From: Balneola sp.
GTDB lineage: Bacteria > Bacteroidota > Rhodothermia > Balneolales > Balneolaceae
Reading direction: 5' to 3'
Assembly: GCA_038124025.1 (NCBI GenBank)
Contig: JAYPBC010000006.1
Location: forward strand, 22,516-86,515
Length of the DNA stretch: 64,000 bases
Shown here: positions 40,685-48,865 of the stretch, in pieces
Layout: every line of letters begins with the position of its first letter
How positions within the stretch are numbered: the stretch's first letter is position 1
The notes under the pieces: generated by a model
Databases searched by the model: none
Told to the model about the DNA's origin: nothing
What the model saw: the letters and a program-made list of their open reading frames with translations, nothing else
Position numbers and translations under genes: made by a program

Positions 40685-42181
40685 ATGAGCGATACTTCGC
40701 CAGATAACCCCATTTTTGTCTGGTTTCGAAATGATCTTCGAATTCACGACAATCCGTGCTTACATGCTGCAATCCAACAAGGTAGGGTTCAACCCATATA
40801 TGTAATCGATCCAAGAATGTTTCAGTCTACTGCTTTTGGATTGCCAAGAATGGGGAAACATCGACGCCGGTTTTTACGTGAATCTTTGGAGAATCTACGC
40901 TCACAATTAAAAAGTATCGGATTAAATTTACTCGTCTTAAGTGCGAAGCCGGAAGAACTATTACCTAAGTTGCTTCAGGCCCTACCCACCGCCAAGCTCT
41001 TTTTTTCATATGAGTATGCGTATGAAGAAACACAGATTGAAGATGCTTTGGCATATGAACTTTCCTCGAGCCGTTGGGAGGGATTTTGGTCTGGTACCTT
41101 AATGGATCCTGAGAGTCTTCCGTTTACTCTTGAAAACTTACCAAATGGCTTTAGTTCTTTTCGCAAAAAAGTGGAAAAATATGCAGATATACCTGTTCCA
41201 GTGCCTACACCTAGCCAAGCAAAAAGTTTTAAGGTGGATGATTGGGGCAGGGATTCTTTTGCACTTTCTATTTTTGCGGAATTAGATCAGACAAGCACAC
41301 ATCTTCAAGATATTGAAACACTCGGCCTCGCTCCCATAAATCCTGTGGCGGAAATCGAAGAAGAGCTCAATAGGCATAGATCCGAATGGGAAGAATTATT
41401 TAAAGGAGGGGAAGAGGCAGGTTTAGCAAGATTGGAATACTATGTATGGCAGACCAATTTGGTGGCGAGATATAAGAAAACAAGAAATGGTCTGGTAGGT
41501 ACAGATTATTCGACTAAATTTTCACCTTGGTTAGCAAACGGAAGCCTGTCGGCACGCATGATTGCTAGCCAAATACATGATTACGAGCGTCAGCGTACGA
41601 AAAATGATTCGACATACTGGGTCATTTTTGAGCTCTTATGGAGAGATTTCTTTCGATTTGCAGCATACCAATACGGGAAAAAGTGGTTTTCGAAAGGAGG
41701 TATCCAATCCAATGTTCGTGACTATGATAACAAGGAAGATTATTTTGAAGCATGGATAACTGGACAAACGGGTTTTTCATTCGTGGATGCTAATATGCGT
41801 GAATTGGCCACAACGGGTTTTATGAGTAATCGAGGGCGCCAAAATGTTGCTAGTTTTTTTACGCAAAATTTAAATATGGACTGGCGTTGGGGGGCAGAAT
41901 ATTTTGAGTCTATGTTGCTGGATTATGATCCTGCATCCAATTATGGTAATTGGATGTATAATGCCACACTGGGCCATGATCCTAGAAATAGATTTTTTAA
42001 CATTGAATTACAGGCCGATCGTTACGATTCTTCCGGAGAATATGTTATGTTATGGTGTAGGAAATTAAAGAAGGTGCCTAAATCGTTACGTCATGAGCCT
42101 TATGTATATAACCAGTCAATGTTTGCGGCGCCTATTATAGATTTAGAAAAGAGTTATGAAGAAATCAGAAAGAGAGCATAA
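40685..42181 (+). CDS. cryptochrome DASH (photolyase/cryptochrome family flavoprotein)
   Basis: N-terminal photolyase domain (VWFRNDLRIHDN). The FAD-binding domain (SKFSPWLANGSLS, WRDFF, MSNRGRQNVASF, DYDPASNYGNW) matches the Cry-DASH pattern. Confidence 0.88.
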   Translation: MSDTSPDNPIFVWFRNDLRIHDNPCLHAAIQQGRVQPIYVIDPRMFQSTAFGLPRMGKHRRRFLRESLENLRSQLKSIGLNLLVLSAKPEELLPKLLQALPTAKLFFSYEYAYEETQIEDALAYELSSSRWEGFWSGTLMDPESLPFTLENLPNGFSSFRKKVEKYADIPVPVPTPSQAKSFKVDDWGRDSFALSIFAELDQTSTHLQDIETLGLAPINPVAEIEEELNRHRSEWEELFKGGEEAGLARLEYYVWQTNLVARYKKTRNGLVGTDYSTKFSPWLANGSLSARMIASQIHDYERQRTKNDSTYWVIFELLWRDFFRFAAYQYGKKWFSKGGIQSNVRDYDNKEDYFEAWITGQTGFSFVDANMRELATTGFMSNRGRQNVASFFTQNLNMDWRWGAEYFESMLLDYDPASNYGNWMYNATLGHDPRNRFFNIELQADRYDSSGEYVMLWCRKLKKVPKSLRHEPYVYNQSMFAAPIIDLEKSYEEIRKRA

Positions 42182-42422
42182 GTTGTATTTAATCCCAGGG
42201 AAAAAGCCGAAAACAAAACATCCACTGGACTATAAAAGTGTTAAAACAAACCTTTCAGATATTACAAGAAGTTTGTTTTCGGATGCTTGGCGCAGCTATT
42301 TAGACGAGGTCTACATGGTAGCTAGGCACGTGAATGAAAACCGTATCAAAACGTTAAACAAACGTGAACTAGCGAAAATGAAAATTAGCGCACGCAAAAA
42401 GCAACAAGATAACAAGGGTTAA
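42156..42422 (+). CDS. hypothetical small basic protein (uncertain gene)
   Basis: 88-aa ORF overlapping the 3' end of the cryptochrome gene by 26 nt. It is Lys/Arg-rich and matches no family I recognise. It could be an A-rich spacer read in frame. Confidence 0.3.
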   Translation: MKKSEREHKLYLIPGKKPKTKHPLDYKSVKTNLSDITRSLFSDAWRSYLDEVYMVARHVNENRIKTLNKRELAKMKISARKKQQDNKG

Positions 42423-42468
42423 ATTTTTCATGTTTGAAAAATGAGAGCATCATTAACTCCACATCGGT

Positions 42469-42615
42469 TTGAAAAAATCAGAGCTACCAACCAAAATTTG
42501 TCCAGTTTGTGAGCGCCCATTTGTGTGGAGAAAAAAATGGAAAAAAGACTGGGATCAGGTGAAATATTGCAGTGAGCGCTGTAGAAGGTCTAAAAAGACA
42601 ATCGGTTCCAAATGA
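42469..42615 (+). CDS. DUF2256 family zinc-ribbon protein (48 aa, absent from the ORF track)
   Basis: My translation is (TTG)[47 protein letters not shown]. This fits the CxxC...RKKW...W..V.YCS..CR signature of DUF2256. An in-frame TAA lies at 42454. Confidence 0.75.
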   Translation: MKKSELPTKICPVCERPFVWRKKWKKDWDQVKYCSERCRRSKKTIGSK

Positions 42616-43339
42616 AATAAGGAACAAGATCGGCAAGTTCAGCTAACAAGCGCCAACGTTTGGTAATATAAATTCGCTTTTTCTTTTTTTCTATTCCTTT
42701 TATCATCATCCTGGCTGCTCGCTCAGTGGAAGCCATCCAAAAAGTATGTGGATTGTCTTGGGTCATCTCCGAGACCACATAGCCAGGGCGAATATCAGTG
42801 ATATCGAGTTTTAAATTTAAGGCGTTGGCTTTCATGCGAAAACCTGTCATATAATTAGACACAAAGTGTTTACTTGCTGTATATACGGGTGCATGCCCAG
42901 AAGCAAGATGCGAGGCGATGGATGACATGCCCACAATATGCCCAATACCCTGCTCTTGAAAGCGTGCAAAAGCCCAATGCAAACCATGTGCAAAGGCACG
43001 TACATTTATGTCAATGGTTTGGGCATCGGAGTCCCAAGGTGCCTTCAGATCATCTCGGCCAACTCCAGCATTTAAAATAATACCATCGATTCCGCCCATA
43101 GCTGAGACTAGATCAGTATATGCTTTCGCACTTTCGAACTCATCAGAAAGGTCCACAGGGTATATAAATACCTTGCCTGGTTTATCCACTAACTCTTCCT
43201 TCAAGCGAATTAAGCGTTTCTCTCTACGAGCAACGAGTCCAAGAACATATCCTTTGGCCGCTAGTTGACGAGCCAATTCTTCACCAATTCCAGAGCTTGC
43301 GCCAGTAATAATATACCTTGGCGGATGTGTGATTGACAT
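42590..43339 (-). CDS. SDR family oxidoreductase
   Basis: Cofactor motif [13 protein letters not shown], and catalytic S...YTASK. Confidence 0.88.
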   Translation of the reverse strand: MSITHPPRYIITGASSGIGEELARQLAAKGYVLGLVARREKRLIRLKEELVDKPGKVFIYPVDLSDEFESAKAYTDLVSAMGGIDGIILNAGVGRDDLKAPWDSDAQTIDINVRAFAHGLHWAFARFQEQGIGHIVGMSSIASHLASGHAPVYTASKHFVSNYMTGFRMKANALNLKLDITDIRPGYVVSEMTQDNPHTFWMASTERAARMMIKGIEKKKKRIYITKRWRLLAELADLVPYFIWNRLSF

Positions 43340-43360
43340 TAATCTTAGATGATGTTGAAA

Positions 43361-44686
43361 TTAATAGGACTCACTATCTAACCAGTCTATCAGTGGCTCG
43401 GATGAAAGGAACCCCTTACTGCTCAGATAACCAATATAGGTCTTAATCATTTCAAAATACCATTGATGCTCAATTTCTTGCCAGTCTAGTTGCATTTCTT
43501 GCCACTCGAGAGCTTCTAGTGGCTCATATTCATCCATTGTTTGAAGAGTTTGTTGCATCTCCTGAAGGTTCAATTGGGAATAAAGTTGTTGTAATTCTGT
43601 GTTTTTAGCTAAGAGTAATTCTAAATGTACTTTCCAGTTATTCTGTTCCTGATTTGCCTCATCTTGCTCGGCTACTACTTCAAGGCTGCGCTCTTTTTCT
43701 TCTAGTGATAAATCCATAAGGTCGGCCCGGTCTCTTTGAAATAATGGAAGACTGATTCCAGCTGATATTCCCAATAAACTTGTATTCGTTCTATTTGGGA
43801 AGTATTCAGTTTGAATAAAACCAAGGTCGAAATTGGCCCGTTCTATGTCTTGCTCTATTTGCGTTTCTTGAAGGGCAAGTTGAGCTAAATATACTTGAAG
43901 AGGTTGTGAAAGCGATTCATTTTGGGTGGTTCGTAAAAAAGTATGAATATGTGCGGTCGTTATCGTACTGCGAAGCCCCCACGAGAGGATGTAATTACTC
44001 GTCATCTTATCCCCTAATTTTGAGGCAATAATACGTTCGAGCTCATCTAATCTGATCTCTAAATTGGTTTTCTTACTCCACAATTTTAGCACATCCGCAT
44101 GGGCTTGAGTAAAGTTTTTAGCATCAAAAAAATTAGCTCCAGGAAATTCTTTTAACCAGTCGATTCTCTTTTGGTTAATAGATATACGTTCATTGACAAA
44201 TGTACGTTCTTGCTGGATTTCTAACCAAGCAATAATGAGTTCATAGCGTTCAAGTATCTCTTGATCCAACTCTTTTGATGCGTCTGCCCTAAGCTGCAAT
44301 TTTCGAATGTTATAAAGTTCTTCCGTCTTTTTCCTAATTAGGGGGTTTGTGGGACGGAATCGCAGATCATAGCGTTGGTCTTGGGGTTGGAACTCGTCAT
44401 TTGAAACCCGAAACTCAATTTCCTCTAATACCGTTGGCCGTGCTTTTTTTGGTTCTAAAAGATTAATTTGGTCATGTAGAGTTTGCACATTTTTATCTTC
44501 CTTAGAAAGACGAATGAATCGCAAACGATCTAGCGTATCTAATGGGTTAGTGTGATTGGCTTCGCGATGAAAAGGAAGGTAGAAGCTATGTGTTAAAAGC
44601 TCTTCATAGCTGTGGGCATGAGTGGTTGAATTAGCACCAAAGAGGAAGGCTCCTATGAGTAATACGAGTACTTTCATCCTACTCAA
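43361..44686 (-). CDS. TolC-like outer membrane factor (divergent)
   Basis: Signal peptide (...STTHA/H). Two-repeat architecture rich in long helices, with OMF-like strand-turn motifs (RFRPTNPLIRKK and GISAGISLPLFQRDR). Confidence 0.55.
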   Translation of the reverse strand: MSRMKVLVLLIGAFLFGANSTTHAHSYEELLTHSFYLPFHREANHTNPLDTLDRLRFIRLSKEDKNVQTLHDQINLLEPKKARPTVLEEIEFRVSNDEFQPQDQRYDLRFRPTNPLIRKKTEELYNIRKLQLRADASKELDQEILERYELIIAWLEIQQERTFVNERISINQKRIDWLKEFPGANFFDAKNFTQAHADVLKLWSKKTNLEIRLDELERIIASKLGDKMTSNYILSWGLRSTITTAHIHTFLRTTQNESLSQPLQVYLAQLALQETQIEQDIERANFDLGFIQTEYFPNRTNTSLLGISAGISLPLFQRDRADLMDLSLEEKERSLEVVAEQDEANQEQNNWKVHLELLLAKNTELQQLYSQLNLQEMQQTLQTMDEYEPLEALEWQEMQLDWQEIEHQWYFEMIKTYIGYLSSKGFLSSEPLIDWLDSESY

Positions 44687-45659
44687 TGATTACTTTCTCA
44701 CCGACAGGTAGTGGATTATCTTCTGGGATTTCAATAAATATTTCGAGCCCAAAGGTAGTAATAGAGCTTGAATTTTGAAGTATGTTGGGAAGGGCAACTA
44801 CAGAACCAAATCCGGTGATAACCCCAGAACTAATTAAACTTGATTGCTCTGAGGAACGAACTAAAACCGTGTCACCGAGCTCCTTGTTTCTGTCTTTTTG
44901 ACCTACAAGATATCCTACAATAGAGGTTGGGTGTCGAGGGTTTAAGGTTAATAGAGGGGTGAAGGAATCTACTTGTTCCTGTGGCTTTACATATACCCGT
45001 TCGACCACCCCATCGGCCTGAGCCACACGGGTTAGATTATCTACCATGCGCTCTTTCCACTGCAACTCTTGGCGTGCGAGCTCCTGACGAGCACGAATTT
45101 GGGAAACATCAAACAAATGTTCTTGAGTAACATCATTTACCCGAATCTCAATAGCTTGTAGTTCTAAAGAAAGTTGTTGTTTGAGGGATTCAATTTGTAG
45201 TTCTAATTCATTGTTTTGATCACTATCACCCAGAGCCGATTCAATACCAACGAGCTGCTTCTGAAGGGCTAAGCGTTGAGCCAGCTGATTGATTTCTGCA
45301 TTGAATGATTGCGTACTTTGTTGTTTCTCAGAGTCAAATAGTGCAAGTTCAGACTCGAGTAATTCATTTTTTTCTTCGATCTCAGACTGCATCAGAATGA
45401 GTTCTTTGCGCAACTTTTCTATATCTAATTCTAGTTCGGGGCTGTATAGCGTAATTAGGGTATCACCGGCGGAAACAGTTTCGCCTGGAGACACATACGT
45501 TCTGATTATGGTAGCAGCACGGTCAGAATTTATGGTGTAAGCGTCAGAATAACTAACCCCTAAAAAAGATGTATTACCCTTGAAGAATTGGGTATTAATT
45601 AATAGGAGTGATATTAAAAGTAGACCTGCAAACCAGTAAAAAGAATATTTTTGGTTCAT
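44679..45659 (-). CDS. HlyD-type membrane fusion (periplasmic adaptor) protein
   Basis: N-terminal TM anchor. Split lipoyl/barrel-sandwich halves (VSPGETVSAGDTLITL and ADGVVERVYVKPQEQVDSFTPLLTL) flank a coiled-coil hairpin of about 130 aa. Confidence 0.75.
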   Translation of the reverse strand: MNQKYSFYWFAGLLLISLLLINTQFFKGNTSFLGVSYSDAYTINSDRAATIIRTYVSPGETVSAGDTLITLYSPELELDIEKLRKELILMQSEIEEKNELLESELALFDSEKQQSTQSFNAEINQLAQRLALQKQLVGIESALGDSDQNNELELQIESLKQQLSLELQAIEIRVNDVTQEHLFDVSQIRARQELARQELQWKERMVDNLTRVAQADGVVERVYVKPQEQVDSFTPLLTLNPRHPTSIVGYLVGQKDRNKELGDTVLVRSSEQSSLISSGVITGFGSVVALPNILQNSSSITTFGLEIFIEIPEDNPLPVGEKVIIE

Positions 45660-45668
45660 TTGGTACCT

Positions 45669-46343
45669 CTATATCTCTTCCATAGTTTCATTGTATGAAA
45701 TGGATACACGATCAACACCTTCTAAAGCCCGAAGAGATTCTAATAATTGGAAATGGTCACTTGGGTAGGGTAATACAATGGAAAACCGAGCATTGATTCG
45801 ATTTTCGCGGATGGTAGTGCCTTTTTCGTGATACTGCTGAGTGTAGACCTCAAGCGATTGTTGAATACTTGAACGAGCATCCGCATTTTGCATTCTTATG
45901 CTTAGCTCAGCTTTGATTTGTCCGCGTGTGGTAAAGTTAGTATAGTGAAGTACTAAGGCCATCCCACAAAATAGGATGGTGCCAGCAAAGGCTATAGTGA
46001 ACCCATACACTCCAACCGCCAGACCACTACTTAAAGAGGCAAATATAAATAGTATATTCCTAGGATCTTGAACTCTAGTTCGAAAACGAATCATGGCAAG
46101 AGCACCAAATGCTCCAAGACCTCGGGCAAGACTATCACCTATCGCCATCATAACCATAGCTGCAACGATAGAACCAAGTGCTAGAGATTGGAATAAGTGT
46201 TTAGGATACTCAGGACCTGAATAGGTAATCCGATGTGTAATCGCTATTAAGGAGGAAAGAGCAAAAGCCCATACTAGAGAATATCCTACGTTTATAAACG
46301 TGGGATAGTCGTAAACCGGCTGATCAGGGAATAACTCAAACAT
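45669..46343 (-). CDS. DUF4956 domain membrane protein with a soluble C-terminal domain
   Basis: Motif GALAMIRFRTRVQDPRNILFIFASLSSGLAVG matches the DUF4956 core as I remember it. There are 4 predicted TM segments, then about 90 soluble residues. Confidence 0.65.
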   Translation of the reverse strand: MFELFPDQPVYDYPTFINVGYSLVWAFALSSLIAITHRITYSGPEYPKHLFQSLALGSIVAAMVMMAIGDSLARGLGAFGALAMIRFRTRVQDPRNILFIFASLSSGLAVGVYGFTIAFAGTILFCGMALVLHYTNFTTRGQIKAELSIRMQNADARSSIQQSLEVYTQQYHEKGTTIRENRINARFSIVLPYPSDHFQLLESLRALEGVDRVSISYNETMEEI

Positions 46344-46365
46344 GTAGTAAGTTTAAAAAAAGGAA

Positions 46366-46926
46366 TTAGGTGGTTCTATCGCCCCAAGCCCAAGAATACG
46401 AGGAACGTTTAGCCCACTCCATAAGACCAAAGAAAGCACCTGCATACAATAGGTCACTAGCTAAGGTGTTGCGAAAAAATGGGATGGCCATTTCATAACA
46501 TAGAACTAATCCACCCCAAGTGAGCGGGTAATCTGGATCAGAGAGCCAAACACCAAAATTAGATATAATAAAAAATAGTATGGATGCACCAATAGCGCCT
46601 CCAAGCACTCTAGGGATGGAGACTTTGCTCAGCATGATTGACCCCAATACAATGATCGCAGCAAAACTAAAATAAAGCCAACCAAATCCAGGGGTAAAAA
46701 GGACAAAGCTGTTATAAAACTCTGCATAAAGAATGTTATTTACTAATAAATCACTTATCCAATAAATACCTAATGGAGCTAAAAATCCCCAGACAGTACG
46801 TCCAAAATAGGCTCCTGAAGCAAGAGCCATAGCTCCTATGGGGGCAAAGTTAAAGGGATGTGGAAAAAGGCGTGTGACTGCTGCTACAACTAACAACAAT
46901 ATTAATATGAGATACTTTTTGTTCAT
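46366..46926 (-). CDS. DUF6580 family putative transport protein
   Basis: The N-terminus (TRLFPHPFNFAPIGAMALASGAYF) is characteristic of this family. I prefer the ATG at 46926, because the TTG at 46977 lies inside the upstream terminator hairpin. Confidence 0.65.
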   Translation of the reverse strand: MNKKYLILILLLVVAAVTRLFPHPFNFAPIGAMALASGAYFGRTVWGFLAPLGIYWISDLLVNNILYAEFYNSFVLFTPGFGWLYFSFAAIIVLGSIMLSKVSIPRVLGGAIGASILFFIISNFGVWLSDPDYPLTWGGLVLCYEMAIPFFRNTLASDLLYAGAFFGLMEWAKRSSYSWAWGDRTT

Positions 46927-46952
46927 GATTAAAAGTACAATTTTCCGGTTAA

Positions 46953-46982
46953 TAAAAAAAAGGCACTGCTTATGCAATGCCT
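46953..46982 (-). terminator. intrinsic terminator downstream of the YceI-like gene
   Basis: The minus strand reads AGGCAUUGC-AUAA-GCAGUGCCU (9 bp, one mismatch) followed by U8. Confidence 0.75.
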
Positions 46983-47029
46983 TAAAATAATGGGTTATGA
47001 CTGCTAAGTTGAAAATATTTTCAAAAAAC

Positions 47030-47632
47030 TTAGTTTTTCTGTGTCTTTACCTCAACATCAATTTTGACTTTGATTTCATCACCTACAACTGCGTCAGAAA
47101 TCCAGTCACCAGCCCCAACATTATAATCGTTACGAAGCAAAGAAAACTCAGATTCAAATCCAGCTATTAGCGTGTTTTCTTGCCATGGGCTATCCATAAT
47201 ACCTAATAAAGTAAAAGGCATGATGAATTTGGTACTCACGTCTTTGATGGTCAGGGTTCCATGAGCTTCGAAGTTATTGTCACCTGTGGAGACTATTTTA
47301 TCGCTAGTAAAGGTGATGTGAGGATACATATCAGATTGGAAAAAATCAGCTGATTGTAAATGGCCATCCCGTCGCTCGTTCTTGGTATTGATGGATTTTA
47401 CATCAATCTGTACGTTTATATTAGACTCATCTAGATTTTCAGGATCGAAATTTACTTCGGCATCAAACTGCTCAAATGCACCTGGAACACTCGTAAAAAA
47501 GTGTTTTGCTTCAAAGGTTATTGCTGTGTGTGATTTGTCTATTGTCCAAGAAATAGCTGCAAACTTAGTGGCTGCAAAGCTAATAGTGCCTAAAAAAAGT
47601 AGGCCTAGGATAAAAAAATGGTTCTTTTTCAT
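47030..47632 (-). CDS. YceI family periplasmic protein
   Basis: Signal peptide after the ATG at 47632 (MKKNHFFILGLLFLG...). Motifs SHTAITFEAKHF and RDGHLQSADFF. The track start (GTG at 47728) adds 32 unlikely residues. Confidence 0.85.
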   Translation of the reverse strand: MKKNHFFILGLLFLGTISFAATKFAAISWTIDKSHTAITFEAKHFFTSVPGAFEQFDAEVNFDPENLDESNINVQIDVKSINTKNERRDGHLQSADFFQSDMYPHITFTSDKIVSTGDNNFEAHGTLTIKDVSTKFIMPFTLLGIMDSPWQENTLIAGFESEFSLLRNDYNVGAGDWISDAVVGDEIKVKIDVEVKTQKN

Positions 47633-47807
47633 TGTATTGTGTCTTTTTGAATAGGTTTTTGAATCAATTGTGAAGCCCCATAAGTGGAGGTAACTTACAC
47701 CTTGCAATATGCAAGGTAAGAGATACACTATTTATCTTATCTGAAGTCACATTAGTATAACACGTATTTTAATACAGAGTTCATTTAAGATAAAAAATAG
47801 TTTAACA

Positions 47808-48752
47808 TTAAACTATTTTTTGCTGATCAATTTTGGCACGTAGTAAAATCGCGCTAAGTACAAATAAAATAGATAGATAAAAAACCCATAATGCCAATAC
47901 AATAATAACGGTATATCCCTGGTAAACGAATTCATAGCGTGTTAAGGCGTAGCTTAGATATAGACTTAGAAGTAATTTGGCACTTTCAAAGAGCATGGTG
48001 AATAAAGCGGCTCCTTGCAATGCATCGGGGATAGATATTTCTCGTTCACTCATAAAACGAAAGATTACAAAGGCGAGCATATAGGTGAACAATAGAGGAA
48101 GTAATATATCCAGTAATTCGTATACCCATGGAAGTTCGATGACAATGTCAGTTAATGGAACGGCAATAGTTCGTAATTCGAATAGTGATACTAAAGAGAC
48201 TAACAGGCTAAAAAATAAGAACACGGAGCCTAAAAGTCCGATCCCTACAACGTTGGTCATTAATCCTTTTACGGGATGCTGTTTTTTTTGTATGTCAAAA
48301 ACGTTGAATAAGACTGCTTTAAGGCTGTGAAATAGACTTTGCGTAAAAAATAGCATGATAATAATACCCGACACTCCTAAAACATTCCTGCCCTGAATCA
48401 ATGGGGCTAAAAGTGTCTGTACTATGCGTTCACTTTCAAGAGTGACCGAATTGGTTTGTTCGTAGGTAATATCCGGGAGTAGTTCGGTACCATACCGCAC
48501 TAATTCAGCGTAGGCTGCGTCAATAGAGAGTACATACCCAATAATAGATATAAGAATAAGGGTGAAGGGAATGGCGCAGATGAATAAATTAAAGGTTATC
48601 GCAGAGGCATTGAATATCACATCAACCCGTTTGATTAGTTCTTTAACTCTATTCCAATATGCGCAAAAACTAATTTTTGACACGATGCATTCATGAATTC
48701 GGTGTAACGAGCTAGTAATGTAGGATAATAGCACTAAAAAGTCAGTATGCAT
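47808..48752 (-). CDS. YihY/BrkB family membrane protein
   Basis: Six TM segments. The N-terminal NASAITFNLFICAIPFTLIL resembles the YihY signature. The start codon is uncertain. Confidence 0.7.
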   Translation of the reverse strand: MHTDFLVLLSYITSSLHRIHECIVSKISFCAYWNRVKELIKRVDVIFNASAITFNLFICAIPFTLILISIIGYVLSIDAAYAELVRYGTELLPDITYEQTNSVTLESERIVQTLLAPLIQGRNVLGVSGIIIMLFFTQSLFHSLKAVLFNVFDIQKKQHPVKGLMTNVVGIGLLGSVFLFFSLLVSLVSLFELRTIAVPLTDIVIELPWVYELLDILLPLLFTYMLAFVIFRFMSEREISIPDALQGAALFTMLFESAKLLLSLYLSYALTRYEFVYQGYTVIIVLALWVFYLSILFVLSAILLRAKIDQQKIV

Positions 48753-48865
48753 CCTTATTGGGGTAAAAATAGCGCTTGGACACTGTGTTTTTAAGTAATG
48801 GGTTTGGTATGTTTCACTTTTATTATGGAATTAGTTTATTGAATAAATTTTGTTAGCACATCCCC

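Noticed and set aside
46927-47029. Possible cobalamin riboswitch upstream of the DUF6580 gene, a family that I recall is sometimes B12-riboswitch associated
   Set aside because: Only about 100 nt are available, and most of that is taken up by the YceI terminator hairpin. I saw no B12-box-like sequence.
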